Shown here in pieces: positions 20,185 to 32,160 of a stretch of DNA of 64,000 nt. How positions within the stretch are numbered: the stretch's first letter is position 1; each line of letters begins with the position of its first letter. The position numbers and the translations under genes are program-made. Under the pieces are notes generated by a model. The model was not told where the DNA came from. It did no database searches and saw only the letters and a list, made by a program, of their open reading frames with translations. Source of the stretch: Betaproteobacteria bacterium (GTDB taxonomy: Bacteria > Pseudomonadota > Gammaproteobacteria > Burkholderiales > SG8-39); assembly GCA_005881595.1 (NCBI GenBank), contig VBBY01000002.1, forward strand, positions 5,390 to 69,389, written 5' to 3'.

Positions 20185-21084
20185 ATGCTGCTGCTCCCCT
20201 TCAGCCGCCCGGTGGATTACGAGCCCCTCGTTTCGGCGCAGGCGCCCGGCGGCGGACACTGGTTCGTGTTCCGCGGCACCGACCTGCTGGTCGAGATGGG
20301 GCCGCCCGATCCGCGCCCGAGCGACGACCCGCGGGTGCGGCAGCGGCCGTCGTGGGCCCGGCTGCCGTTGCAGAAAAACCACAACTGGTTGGGGGCGCTG
20401 CCGCTCAGAACCCTATACCTAGGGCGGTTGCGTGGAGTCGACTGCTGGGCTGCCGAGGCCGCGCCGCAGGCCGTGGCGCCCGCCGGGATGGCCTGGGAGG
20501 GGCTGCGCGCGCTGTTCTCGGTGCTCGACGATGCGCACTTCGCGCTGGCCGGCCGGGCGCTGCAGCTCGTCGAATGGGACCGCACGCACCAGTACTGCGG
20601 GCGCTGCGGCACGCCCACCGAGGCCAGGCGCGACGAGCGCGTACGCGTCTGCCCCGCCTGCAAGCTGGCTGCCTATCCGAGAGTGGCGCCGGCGGTGATG
20701 GCGCTGGTGCAGCGCGGCCGCGAGCTGCTCCTCGCGCGCAGCCCGCATTTCCCGCCCGGCATGTATAGCGCGCTGGCGGGCTTCGTCGAGCCCGGCGAGT
20801 CGCTCGAGCAGTGCCTGGCGCGCGAAGTCGCCGAGGAAGTCGGCGTGCAAATAGGCAACATCCGCTACTTCGCGAGCCAGCCGTGGCCGTTCCCGCATTC
20901 GCTGATGATCGCCTTCGTCTGCGACTGGGCGAGCGGCGAGATCCGGCTGCAGCCGGCGGAAATTGCCGATGCAAAATGGTTCGAAGTATTGCAATTGCCT
21001 AGACTTCCAAGCAAAATCTCGATCGCTCGCCGCCTGATCGACGCAGTGTCTGCGCAGATCCGCGGCGAGTTTGCAAGCGGGTAG
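20185..21084 (+). CDS. nudC: NAD(+) diphosphatase / NADH pyrophosphatase (Nudix)
   Basis: Zinc ribbon CGRCG...CPAC followed by a Nudix box ([22 protein letters not shown]) and SQPWPFPHS. Confidence 0.88.
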   Translation: MLLLPFSRPVDYEPLVSAQAPGGGHWFVFRGTDLLVEMGPPDPRPSDDPRVRQRPSWARLPLQKNHNWLGALPLRTLYLGRLRGVDCWAAEAAPQAVAPAGMAWEGLRALFSVLDDAHFALAGRALQLVEWDRTHQYCGRCGTPTEARRDERVRVCPACKLAAYPRVAPAVMALVQRGRELLLARSPHFPPGMYSALAGFVEPGESLEQCLAREVAEEVGVQIGNIRYFASQPWPFPHSLMIAFVCDWASGEIRLQPAEIADAKWFEVLQLPRLPSKISIARRLIDAVSAQIRGEFASG

Positions 21085-21145
21085 GAGGTTTTGCACGAGT
21101 TGAACAAGATCGAAGAGCGCTGTCTTGCGCCGCAAGGGGCGAATG

Positions 21146-21194
21146 GAAGGCGTAGCCTGGACTTTCTCACGGCAGGCTGCGCCTTCGCATTTTG
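21146..21194 (+). terminator. Hairpin downstream of nudC and upstream of the speDE fusion (terminator or 5'-UTR structure)
   Basis: gaaggcgtagcc (21146-57) pairs with ggctgcgccttc (21175-86), giving 12 bp including one G-U pair, with a 17-nt loop. It is followed by gcatttt. It lies 62 nt after the nudC stop and 13 nt before the SD/ATG at 21207. Confidence 0.4.
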
Positions 21195-21206
21195 GGGGAT
21201 ACTGGA

Positions 21207-22466
<1,260 letters not shown>

Positions 22467-22496
22467 TCAATGAAGTAATCGGGGTCAGAGCCCGAT

Positions 22497-23825
22497 CTAA
22501 TCCAGCGCGCTGAGGATCGACCGGGTAGTTTCGAAAATCCTGTCGATCTGCGGTTTCTCTATGATCAGCGGCGGCGAGAACGCGATCGTGTCACCGGTAT
22601 AGCGGATCAGCACCCCGGCCTCGAAGCTCTTGACGAACGTCTCGTAGGCGCGGCGTCCGGGCGCGCCTTTGCGCGGCTCGAGCTCGATGCCGGCGACCAG
22701 CCCGAGGTTGCGGATGTCGACCACGTGGCGCGCGTCCTTGAGCGCGTGGGCGGCGTCCTGCCAGTACGCGTCCAGGGCAGCGGCGCGCTCGAACAGGCCT
22801 TCCTCCTCGAAGGTCTCCAGCGTGCCCAGGCCTGCGGCACAGGCAAGCGGATGCCCCGAGTAGGTGTAGCCGTGGAACAGCTCGATGCCGTCGGGTCCCT
22901 GCATGAAAGCGTCGTAGATCGTATCCCGCACGAACACCGCGCCCATGGGCACCGTACCGTTGGTGAGCCCCTTCGCCGCCGTGCACAGATCGGGCAGGAC
23001 GCCGAAGCGCTGGGAAGCGAACGCCTTGCCGAGGCGGCCGAAACCGGTGATGACTTCGTCGAAGATGAGCAGGATGCCATGCTTGGTGCAGATTTCGCGC
23101 AAGCGCTCTAGATAGCCCTGCGGCGGGACCAGCACCCCGGTCGACCCGGCGACCGGCTCAACGATCACCGCGGCGATGCTCGAGGGATCGTGCAGCTGGC
23201 AGACGCGCTCCAGATCGTCGGCGAGCTCGGCGCCGTGCGCAGGCTGGCCGCGCGAGAAGGCATTGCGCGCCGGGTCGTGCGTATGGCGGATGTGGTCGAC
23301 CCCGGCGACACCCGGCCCGAAGGTCTTGCGGTTGAACGGAATGCCGCCCACGGACATGCCGCCGAAGTTCACGCCGTGATAGCCGCGCTCGCGGCCGATC
23401 AGCCGGAAGCGCTGGCCTTCACCCCGGGCGCGCTGGTAGGCCAGGGCGATCTTGAGCGCGGTGTCGACCGCTTCGGAGCCGGAGTTGGTGAAGAACACCC
23501 GTGACAAGCCCGGCGGGGCGATGCGCGCCAGCCGGTCGGCGAACTCGAATGCGATCGGATGCCCCATCTGGAAGGTCGGCGCAAAGTCCATCGTCGCCAC
23601 CTGGCGCCTTACGGCTTCCACGATCTTCGGCCGGGAGTGACCGGCGTTCACGCACCACAGGCCGGCACATCCGTCGAGGACCTTGCGGCCTTCGGGAGTC
23701 CAGTAATACATGCCCTCGGCACGGGCGAGCAGGCGTGGCGCCTTCTTGAATTGCCGGTTGGCCGTATACGGCATCCAGAAGGCCGACTGCTCCAGCCCTG
23801 TCATGATTTCGGCACGCTTATTCAT
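22497..23825 (-). CDS. Class-III (omega) aminotransferase, beta-alanine/putrescine--pyruvate type
   Basis: MNKRAEIMTG..., WCVNAGHSRP, FTNSGSEAVDTALK, LIFDEVITGFGRLG and TAAKGLTNG (PLP lysine). Start trimmed from the run-on ORF to ATG 23825. Confidence 0.88.
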   Translation of the reverse strand: MNKRAEIMTGLEQSAFWMPYTANRQFKKAPRLLARAEGMYYWTPEGRKVLDGCAGLWCVNAGHSRPKIVEAVRRQVATMDFAPTFQMGHPIAFEFADRLARIAPPGLSRVFFTNSGSEAVDTALKIALAYQRARGEGQRFRLIGRERGYHGVNFGGMSVGGIPFNRKTFGPGVAGVDHIRHTHDPARNAFSRGQPAHGAELADDLERVCQLHDPSSIAAVIVEPVAGSTGVLVPPQGYLERLREICTKHGILLIFDEVITGFGRLGKAFASQRFGVLPDLCTAAKGLTNGTVPMGAVFVRDTIYDAFMQGPDGIELFHGYTYSGHPLACAAGLGTLETFEEEGLFERAAALDAYWQDAAHALKDARHVVDIRNLGLVAGIELEPRKGAPGRRAYETFVKSFEAGVLIRYTGDTIAFSPPLIIEKPQIDRIFETTRSILSALD

Positions 23826-23872
23826 GGCCTTAAGCTTACTCCAAGCCCCCCTCGCGGCAAGTGCAGAATGCC

Positions 23873-24721
23873 CTAGGCCGCGTAGGCCACGACTTTCTGG
23901 CGTTGTTCGCCCAGCCCCTGTATCCGCAGCGTCATCACGTCGCCGGGCTTGAGGAACACCGGGGTCGGCTTGATGCCCAGGCCGACGCCCGGCGGGGTGC
24001 CGGTGGCAATGATGTCGCCGGGCAGCAGCGTCATGTAGTGGCTTACATGGGAGATGATCTTCGCCACGTTGAAGACCATGGTGCGCGTGTTTCCGGTCTG
24101 CATGCGCTTGCCGTTGACGTCGAGCCACATGTCGAGGTTCTGCGGGTCGCGAATCTCGTCGCTGGTGACGAGCCATGGCCCGATCGGGCCTGCACTGTCG
24201 AAGCCCTTGCCCTTGTCCCACTGGCTGGTCGCCATCTGGAAGGCGCGTTCCGAGACGTCGTTCACCACGCAGTAGCCGGCGACGTGGTTGAGCGCGGCTG
24301 CCTCCTCGACATACCTGGCCTGGGTGCCGATCACCACGCCGAGCTCGATTTCCCAGTCGAGTTTGGTGGAATTTTTCGGCTGGATGACGTCGTCGTGCGG
24401 GCCGTTGATGCAGGTCGTGGCCTTCATGAACACGATCGGCTCCGATGGAATCGGCAGCCCGGCTTCCTTGGCGTGGTCGGAGTAGTTGAGCCCGATGGCG
24501 ACGAACTTGCCGATCCCCACGCAGGGGACGCCGAACCTCGGGGCGGCGTTCACCAGCGGCAACGACTCGGGCTTGTGCTTGCTGAGCATGTTCAGCCCGC
24601 GCGGCGAAATCTCGTTCGGGCCGATGTCGTCGACGATTTTCGAGAGGTCGCGTACTCGCCCGTCGGCGTCGACCAGCCCCGGCTTCTCGTAGCCCAGCTT
24701 GCCGTAGCGGCACAGCTTCAT
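23873..24721 (-). CDS. Fumarylacetoacetate hydrolase (FAH)-family hydrolase/isomerase
   Basis: MKLCRYGK..., NYSDHAKE, LDWEIELGVVIG and GDIIATGTPPGVG. ATG 24721 overlaps the SDR stop (ATGA). Confidence 0.88.
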   Translation of the reverse strand: MKLCRYGKLGYEKPGLVDADGRVRDLSKIVDDIGPNEISPRGLNMLSKHKPESLPLVNAAPRFGVPCVGIGKFVAIGLNYSDHAKEAGLPIPSEPIVFMKATTCINGPHDDVIQPKNSTKLDWEIELGVVIGTQARYVEEAAALNHVAGYCVVNDVSERAFQMATSQWDKGKGFDSAGPIGPWLVTSDEIRDPQNLDMWLDVNGKRMQTGNTRTMVFNVAKIISHVSHYMTLLPGDIIATGTPPGVGLGIKPTPVFLKPGDVMTLRIQGLGEQRQKVVAYAA

Positions 24722-25458
24722 ATCGTCATTCCCCCGTCGATCGGATAGGCGTTGCCCGTGGCGAACAGCGACTCGTCGGAAGCCAGAAAGATCAGCAATC
24801 CGGTGATGTCGTCCACCGTGCCGAGCCGCCCCATGGGCTGGCGCGCGATGAAGTCCTTGCGCGCCTGCACCGGGTCGGGCAGGGCGTTGATCCGCTCCTG
24901 CAGCGAGGGCGTATCCACGGTGCCCGGGCAGACGGCGTTGCAGCGGATCCCTTGCCGCACGAAGTCGGCGGCGATCGACTTGGTGAGACCGATCACGGCC
25001 GCCTTGCTCGAGCCGTAGGCGAAGCGGTTGGGCAGGCCGCGGACCGAGGAGGCGACCGAGGACATGTTGATGATCGAGCCGCCGCCCTTGCGCAGCATCC
25101 CCGGGAGAAAAGCCCTGGTCGCGAGGAACATCGACGTGACGTTGACCCTGAAGGCCAGGTTCCACTGCTCGGGGGCGCAATCGAGGATCGTGCCGTGCTG
25201 CACGATCCCCGCGCAGTTGAACAGCACGTTGACCTCGCCCGTCTCCTCGGCCGTTTTCGCGATCCCCGCCGGGTCGGTGACATCCAGCACGCGCGTGCGG
25301 ATGCCGTCCCTGCCCTCGATCTCGGCGAGCGTTTTCGCGTTGAGGTCGGTCGCCCAGACGCGGGCGCCTTCGCGCGCGAAGGCGAGCGCCGCGGCCCGGC
25401 CCATGCCCTGCGCGGCCGCGGTGATGAACGCGGTCTTGCCTGCCAGCCTGCCCGCCAT
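24718..25458 (-). CDS. Short-chain dehydrogenase/reductase (SDR)
   Basis: GKTAFITAAAQGMG Rossmann motif, NCAG and YGSSKAAV (YxxxK). Confidence 0.9.
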   Translation of the reverse strand: MAGRLAGKTAFITAAAQGMGRAAALAFAREGARVWATDLNAKTLAEIEGRDGIRTRVLDVTDPAGIAKTAEETGEVNVLFNCAGIVQHGTILDCAPEQWNLAFRVNVTSMFLATRAFLPGMLRKGGGSIINMSSVASSVRGLPNRFAYGSSKAAVIGLTKSIAADFVRQGIRCNAVCPGTVDTPSLQERINALPDPVQARKDFIARQPMGRLGTVDDITGLLIFLASDESLFATGNAYPIDGGMTI

Positions 25459-25532
25459 GGAAGTTCGCCTTGAGGTGAGCGAAATTATACGGCACGATAC
25501 ACGCCCTCGCGTTCTCCCGAGGAGGGGAAACG

Positions 25533-26576
<1,044 letters not shown>

Positions 26577-26585
26577 GGAGAAAAC

Positions 26586-27899
26586 ATGAGTCAGTTCAAG
26601 CGTAGGGATTTTCTGAAGATGTCGGCCGGCCTGGCGGCAGGCGTGCCCCTGCTCGCGCATGGGCAGGCGAAACCGGCGGCGTTTGCCTACCGCCCTGAAA
26701 AAGGCGCGAGGCTGCGCGTGCTGCGCTGGAAGCGCTTCGTCCAGGGCGACGAGGACGCTTTCATGGCCCACACCAGGCGGTTCGAGCAGAAATTCGGCGT
26801 CCAGGTGCGCGTCGACCACGAGGGCTTCGAGGACGTGCGCCCGAAAGCGGCGGTGGCGGCGAACGTCGGCTCCGGCCCGGATGTCATCTACGGCTTCTTC
26901 GACGATCCGCATCTGTACCCCGACAAGCTGGTCGACGTGACCGACGTCGCCAACTACCTGGGCGCGAAGTACGGCGGCTGGTACGACGTCTGCCGCACCT
27001 ACGGCATGTCGGGCGGCAAGTGGATCGCCGTTCCGCTCGGTGCCGCAGGCGCCTGCTTCACGCATCGCATCAGCCACGTGCAGGCGGCCGGCTTCAGGGA
27101 GTTTCCCAAGGACACGGCCGGCTTCCTCGAGCTGTGCAAGGCGCTGAAGGCGAAAGGCACGCCACCCGGGTTCGCGCTCGGCAACGCCACCGGCGACGCG
27201 AATTCCTGGTGCCACTGGCTGGTGTGGGCGTTCGGCGGCAAGATGGTCGACGAGAAGAACAACGTCGTCATCAACAGCCCGGAAACCATCAGGGCGCTCG
27301 AGTACGGCAAGGAGCTGTATCAGACTTTCGTGCCGGGCACGCTGTCGTGGCTCGACCCGAACAACAACAAGGCGTTCCTCGACGGGCAGATCAGCGTCAC
27401 CAACAACGGCATTTCGATCTACTACGCGGCCAAGAATGCGACCGACCCCAAGGTGAAGGAGCTGGCGCCCGACATCGGCCATGCCAACTTCCCGATCGGC
27501 CCGATCGGCCGCGCCACCGAGCTGCACCTGTTCAGCCAGGCGATGATCTTCAAGTACTCGAAGGTGCAGCAGGCGGCGAAGGCGTATGTCGCATTCATGA
27601 TGGAAAAGGAGCAGTACGAGCCCTGGCAGCAGGCGGCGATCGGCTACGTCACCCAGCCGCTCAAGGCCTACGAGTCGAACCCCATCTGGACGGTCGATCC
27701 CAAGCACACGCCTTACCGCGATTGCGTCAAGAACATGACGCCGAACAGCTATGCCGGCAGGCTCGGGTACGCCTCGGCGGGAACGATGGCCGATTTCGTG
27801 ATGGTGAACATGGTCGCGGAGGCGGCGAGCGGATCGAGGAGCCCGAAGGAAGCCGCCGAACGCGCGCAAGCGCGCGCGCAGCGCTACTACAAGGTGTAA
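26586..27899 (+). CDS. ABC transporter extracellular solute-binding protein (family 1, sugar type) with Tat-type signal
   Basis: MSQFKRRDFLKMSAGLAAGVPLLAHG twin-arginine signal. Size (437 aa) and operon context fit. Confidence 0.85.
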   Translation: MSQFKRRDFLKMSAGLAAGVPLLAHGQAKPAAFAYRPEKGARLRVLRWKRFVQGDEDAFMAHTRRFEQKFGVQVRVDHEGFEDVRPKAAVAANVGSGPDVIYGFFDDPHLYPDKLVDVTDVANYLGAKYGGWYDVCRTYGMSGGKWIAVPLGAAGACFTHRISHVQAAGFREFPKDTAGFLELCKALKAKGTPPGFALGNATGDANSWCHWLVWAFGGKMVDEKNNVVINSPETIRALEYGKELYQTFVPGTLSWLDPNNNKAFLDGQISVTNNGISIYYAAKNATDPKVKELAPDIGHANFPIGPIGRATELHLFSQAMIFKYSKVQQAAKAYVAFMMEKEQYEPWQQAAIGYVTQPLKAYESNPIWTVDPKHTPYRDCVKNMTPNSYAGRLGYASAGTMADFVMVNMVAEAASGSRSPKEAAERAQARAQRYYKV

Positions 27900-27913
27900 C
27901 AAGATCGGGGAAC

Positions 27914-27935
27914 GGGGCCGCAAGGCCCCTTTTTT
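27914..27935 (+). terminator. Intra-operon hairpin plus T-tract after the SBP gene
   Basis: ggggcc, gcaa (GNRA loop), ggcccc, then tttttt (27930-35). The permease GTG follows at 27945. Confidence 0.5.
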
Positions 27936-27944
27936 GCGCCTCCT

Positions 27945-28850
27945 GTGAGCGTCTCCCGCTTCTTCGACAACCGCAACACGCTCGGGGCTCTGTTCCTGCT
28001 TCCCGCGGCCGCGTTGCTGCTGGTTTTTCTCACCTATCCGCTGGGCCTCGGCACCTGGCTTGGCTTCACCAACGCCAAGATCGGCCGCGCGGGCGAATGG
28101 ATCGGCCTGGAGAACTTCCAGTTCCTGTTCGGCGACGCGGTCGCCCGCCTGTCGCTGTTCAATACCCTTTTCTACACGCTGGTGGCGAGCGTCTTCAAGT
28201 TCGTCCTCGGCCTGTGGCTCGCGCTGCTGCTGAACAAGTCTCTTCCATTCAAGGCGGTGCTGCGCGCCGTGGTGCTGCTGCCGTTCATCGTGCCGACCGC
28301 GCTGTCCGCCCTCGCGTTCTGGTGGCTCTACGATGCGCAGTTCTCGGTGCTGTCCTGGACACTGGCGAAGATGGGCCTGATCGACAGCTATATCAACTTC
28401 CTGGGCGACCCGTGGCTGGCGCGACTGTCCACCATCGCCGCGAATATCTGGCGCGGCGTGCCGTTCGTCGCCATTACCCTGCTGGCCGGATTGCAGACCA
28501 TCTCGCCGTCGCTGTACGAGGCCGCGGCGCTCGACGGCGCCACCGAATGGCAGAAGTTCTGGCACGTGACGCTGCCGATGCTGACGCCGATCATCGCCGT
28601 GGTCATGACATTTTCCGTGCTGTTCACCTTCACCGACTTCCAGCTGATCTACGTGCTGACGCGTGGCGGACCGCTCAACGCCACGCACCTGATGGCGACG
28701 CTGTCGTTCCAGCGCGCGATCCTGGGCGGAGCGCTCGGCGAAGGCGCTGCGCTCGCCACCGCGATGGTGCCGTTTCTGCTGGCGGCGATCACGTTTTCCT
28801 ATTTCGGCCTGCAGCGGCGCGCGTGGCAGCAGGGAGGCGCGGACAAGTGA
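27945..28850 (+). CDS. ABC sugar transporter permease (MalF/UgpA-like)
   Basis: 301-aa, 6-TM protein with the EAA-loop region (YEAAALDGATEWQKFWHVTLP). Confidence 0.9.
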   Translation: MSVSRFFDNRNTLGALFLLPAAALLLVFLTYPLGLGTWLGFTNAKIGRAGEWIGLENFQFLFGDAVARLSLFNTLFYTLVASVFKFVLGLWLALLLNKSLPFKAVLRAVVLLPFIVPTALSALAFWWLYDAQFSVLSWTLAKMGLIDSYINFLGDPWLARLSTIAANIWRGVPFVAITLLAGLQTISPSLYEAAALDGATEWQKFWHVTLPMLTPIIAVVMTFSVLFTFTDFQLIYVLTRGGPLNATHLMATLSFQRAILGGALGEGAALATAMVPFLLAAITFSYFGLQRRAWQQGGADK

Positions 28851-28876
28851 GCGACAAGCTGGAGGAGCGGAGCGGG

Positions 28877-29719
28877 ATGGATTACCTGCAGACGCTGCCG
28901 CGGCGCTGGATCACCCTATATATACCGATGCTGGTGTTCCTGGTGGTGCTTCTTTTCCCTTTCTACTGGATGGCAATGACGGCGTTCAAGCCCAACGAGG
29001 AGCTGGTGTCGCGCGCGACCAACCCGTTCTGGATCGTGAGCCCGACGCTCGCGCACTTCGAGAAGCTGCTGTTCAGGACCGACTACCCGCAATGGATGTG
29101 GAACACCATCGTGGTGTCGGTGGTGTCGACCTTTGCATCGCTGGCTGCCAGCGTGCTCGCAGCCTATGCCATCGAGCGGCTGCGCTTCCGCGGCGCGAAG
29201 CAGACCGGGCTCGCGATTTTCCTCGCCTATCTGGTGCCACCGTCCATCCTGTTCATTCCGCTAGCCGCGATCGTGGTCCAGCTAGGCCTGTTCGACACGC
29301 GCTGGGCGCTGATCCTCACCTATCCGACCTTCCTGATTCCGTTCTGCACCTGGCTGCTGATGGGCTATTTCCGCTCGATTCCCTTCGAGCTCGAGGAGTG
29401 CGCGTTGATCGATGGCGCCACGCGCTGGCAGATTCTGGTGAAGATCATCCTGCCGCTTGCCGTGCCCGGGCTGATCTCGGCGGGCATCTTCGCCTTCACG
29501 CTGTCCTGGAACGAGTTCATCTATGCGCTGACCTTCGTTTCCTCCTCGGAGACGAAGACCGTTCCGGTCGGCGTGGTCACCGAGCTCGTCGAAGGCGACG
29601 TGTACCACTGGGGCTCGCTGATGGCCGGCGCGCTGCTCGGCTCCCTGCCGGTCGCCGTGCTTTACTCGTTCTTCGTGGAGTACTACGTTTCGGGCATGAC
29701 AGGGGCGGTCAAGGAGTAA
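28877..29719 (+). CDS. ABC sugar transporter permease (MalG/UgpE-like)
   Basis: MDYLQTLPRRWITLYIP... with EAA loop (EECALIDGATRWQILVKIILP). ATG 28877 is preceded by GGAGGAG. GTG 28847, which overlaps the upstream stop, is an alternative. Confidence 0.88.
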   Translation: MDYLQTLPRRWITLYIPMLVFLVVLLFPFYWMAMTAFKPNEELVSRATNPFWIVSPTLAHFEKLLFRTDYPQWMWNTIVVSVVSTFASLAASVLAAYAIERLRFRGAKQTGLAIFLAYLVPPSILFIPLAAIVVQLGLFDTRWALILTYPTFLIPFCTWLLMGYFRSIPFELEECALIDGATRWQILVKIILPLAVPGLISAGIFAFTLSWNEFIYALTFVSSSETKTVPVGVVTELVEGDVYHWGSLMAGALLGSLPVAVLYSFFVEYYVSGMTGAVKE

Positions 29720-29727
29720 ATGCGGGA

Positions 29728-30429
29728 ATGAACCAGCTCGACTTCAAGGGGCGCACGGCGATCGTCACCGGCGGCATGCAGGGCATCGGCGCGGCGATCG
29801 TCAAGCGCCTGGAGCAATCCGGCGCCAAAGTGAAGATCTGGGACCTGGAGGGTTCCCCGAAAGTAGATGCTTCCGATCGCAAAGCCGTCGAGCACGCCAC
29901 TTCTCAGGCGCTCTCTGACCTGGGCAGGATCGACATTCTGGTGAACAACGCGGGCATCGCCGGGAAGAACGTCCCCACGGTGGACTATCCGACCGAGGAG
30001 TGGGATCGGGTGCTGCGAGTCAATCTCACCAGCCAGTTCCTGTGCTGCCGCGCGGTCGCGCCGCACATGGTGAAGGCGGGCTACGGCCGCATCGTCAACA
30101 TCGCCTCGATCGCCGGCAAGGAAGGCAATCCCAACGCGGTGGCGTATTCCGCGTCCAAGGCCGGGGTCATCTCGCTCACCAAGTCGCTCGGCAAGGAGCT
30201 GGCGCAATCGGGCGTGCTGGTGAACTGCGTGACGCCGGCGGCGGCGAAGACCGCGATCTTCGACCAGATGACCGAAACGCACATCCAGTACATGCGGTCC
30301 AAGATCCCCATGGGCCGCTTCGTGCAGGTCGAGGAGATCGCGGCGCTCGTGTGCTGGCTCGCCTCCGCGGACTGCTCGTTTTCAACCGGCGCAGTGTTCG
30401 ATATTTCCGGCGGCAGGGCCACGTACTAA
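29728..30429 (+). CDS. Short-chain dehydrogenase/reductase (SDR)
   Basis: GRTAIVTGGMQGIG, NNAG and YSASKAGV. Trimmed from run-on ORF 29092..30429. Confidence 0.9.
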   Translation: MNQLDFKGRTAIVTGGMQGIGAAIVKRLEQSGAKVKIWDLEGSPKVDASDRKAVEHATSQALSDLGRIDILVNNAGIAGKNVPTVDYPTEEWDRVLRVNLTSQFLCCRAVAPHMVKAGYGRIVNIASIAGKEGNPNAVAYSASKAGVISLTKSLGKELAQSGVLVNCVTPAAAKTAIFDQMTETHIQYMRSKIPMGRFVQVEEIAALVCWLASADCSFSTGAVFDISGGRATY

Positions 30430-32160
30430 ATGAAAAAGTCCAACCCAAGGCAGCGCTCGATCCAGTGGTTCGCTCGCCAAGACATCTACGGCTTCATCTA
30501 TCGCAGCTGGATGAAGAACCGCGGCGTGCCGCAGGACATGTTCGACGGCCGCCCGGTGATCGGCATCTGCAATACCTGGTCCGAGCTGACTCCCTGCAAC
30601 ACGCACTTCCGCGTCCTCGCCGACCACGTGCGCCACGGCGTGCTCGATGCCGGTGGCTTTCCGCTCGAGTTCCCGGTGATGTCGCTCGGCGAGACGCTGA
30701 TGCGCCCCACCGCGATGCTCTACCGCAATCTCGCCAGCATGGACGTCGAGGAGTCGATCCGCGCCAATCCGCTCGACGGCGTGGTCCTTCTCGCCGGCTG
30801 CGACAAGACCACGCCCGCCACTCTCATGGGCGCGTGCAGCGTCGACCTGCCCACCATCCTCGTCTCGGGCGGGCCGATGCTCTCGGGCAAGTACCACGGC
30901 AAGGACATCGGCTCGGGGACCAACACCTGGTCGATGTCGGAGGATCTGCGGGCCGGCAGGATCACGCTCGAGGAGTTCCACGAGGCCGAGTCCTGCATGC
31001 ACCGCTCGCACGGCCACTGCATGACTATGGGCACCGCCTCGACGATGGCGTCGATGATCGAGGCGCTCGGCGTCGGCATGCCGGGCAACGCGGCGATTCC
31101 CGCGGTGGACGCGCGCCGCTACGTTCTCGCGCGCATGGCCGGCCGGCGCATCGTCGAGCTCGTGAAAGAGAAGATTTCCGTTTCCAGGATCCTCACCCGG
31201 GAAGCGTTCGAGAACGCAATCCGCGCCCTGGCGGCCATCGGCGGATCCACCAACGCGGTCATCCATCTGACTGCCATCGCGCGCCGCATCGGCGTCGATC
31301 TGGCGCTCGACGACTTTGATCGCCTCGGCCGCGGCGTGCATACGCTGGTCAATCTGATGCCCTCGGGCAAGTACCTGATGGAGGATTTCTACTACGCCGG
31401 CGGCCTGCCGGCCGTGCTGCGGGAGCTGGGCGAGAACCACCTGCTGCACCGCGACGCGCTCACGGTCAACGGCAAGACGATCTGGGAGAACAGCAAGGAC
31501 GCGCCGTGCTGGAATCGCGACGTGATCCACGGCCTCAAGTCGCCGTTCAAGAAAGACGCCGGCATCGCGGTGCTGCGCGGCAACCTGTGCCCCGGGGGTG
31601 CCATCATCAAGCCTTCCGCGGCGACGCCGAAGCTCATGACGCACCGCGCCCGCGCGGTGGTGTTCGAGAGCATCGAGGACTTCCACCGCCGCATCGACGA
31701 CCCCGAGCTCGACATCGACGAGAACTGCGTGATGGTGCTCAAGAACTGCGGCCCCAAGGGCTACCCCGGCATGGCCGAGGTCGGCAACATGCCGCTGCCG
31801 CCCAAGCTGCTGAAGAAAGGCGTCACCGACATGGTGCGCATCTCGGACGCGCGCATGAGCGGGACCGCTTACGGCACCGTGGTGCTGCACGTCTGCCCCG
31901 AAGCTGCGGCCGGCGGCGCGCTCGCGCTGGTCGAGAACGGCGACGTGATCGAGCTGGACGTCGAGAAGCGCAGGCTGGTGCTGCTGGTGGCGGAAGACGT
32001 TCTGCTCAAGAGAAGGAAGAACTGGAAGCTGCCGCCGCCGCCGCTCGAGCGCGGCTACTGGAAGCTGTACTTCGACCACGTGCTGCAGGCGAGCGAAGGC
32101 GCCGACCTCGATTTCCTCGTCGGCAAGAGCGGCGCCTTCGTGCCGCGCGACAACCACTGA
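30430..32160 (+). CDS. IlvD/Edd-family dehydratase (sugar-acid dehydratase type)
   Basis: 576 aa with CDKTTPA, SGGPM and TDARMSGT-like motifs (CDKTTPATLM, ISDARMSGTAYG). Its ATG directly follows the SDR stop. Confidence 0.9.
   Translation: MKKSNPRQRSIQWFARQDIYGFIYRSWMKNRGVPQDMFDGRPVIGICNTWSELTPCNTHFRVLADHVRHGVLDAGGFPLEFPVMSLGETLMRPTAMLYRNLASMDVEESIRANPLDGVVLLAGCDKTTPATLMGACSVDLPTILVSGGPMLSGKYHGKDIGSGTNTWSMSEDLRAGRITLEEFHEAESCMHRSHGHCMTMGTASTMASMIEALGVGMPGNAAIPAVDARRYVLARMAGRRIVELVKEKISVSRILTREAFENAIRALAAIGGSTNAVIHLTAIARRIGVDLALDDFDRLGRGVHTLVNLMPSGKYLMEDFYYAGGLPAVLRELGENHLLHRDALTVNGKTIWENSKDAPCWNRDVIHGLKSPFKKDAGIAVLRGNLCPGGAIIKPSAATPKLMTHRARAVVFESIEDFHRRIDDPELDIDENCVMVLKNCGPKGYPGMAEVGNMPLPPKLLKKGVTDMVRISDARMSGTAYGTVVLHVCPEAAAGGALALVENGDVIELDVEKRRLVLLVAEDVLLKRRKNWKLPPPPLERGYWKLYFDHVLQASEGADLDFLVGKSGAFVPRDNH

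Noticed and set aside
20158-20185. Back-to-back divergent start codons only 26 nt apart (tkt/nudC), with a similar case 14 nt apart at 43706/43721
   Set aside because: The spacing is unusually tight and implies promoters embedded in the neighbouring coding regions. Start-codon choice is uncertain (alternative TTG 20170), and I see no distinctive motif beyond an ATTATACT -10-like hexamer.
30382-32157. 591-aa minus-strand ORF opposite the IlvD/Edd dehydratase, and similar long shadow ORFs (for example 18707..20422, 42312..43724, 50605..52668)
   Set aside because: All are antisense or alternative frames of genes with strong family motifs, and their translations are compositionally biased without motifs.
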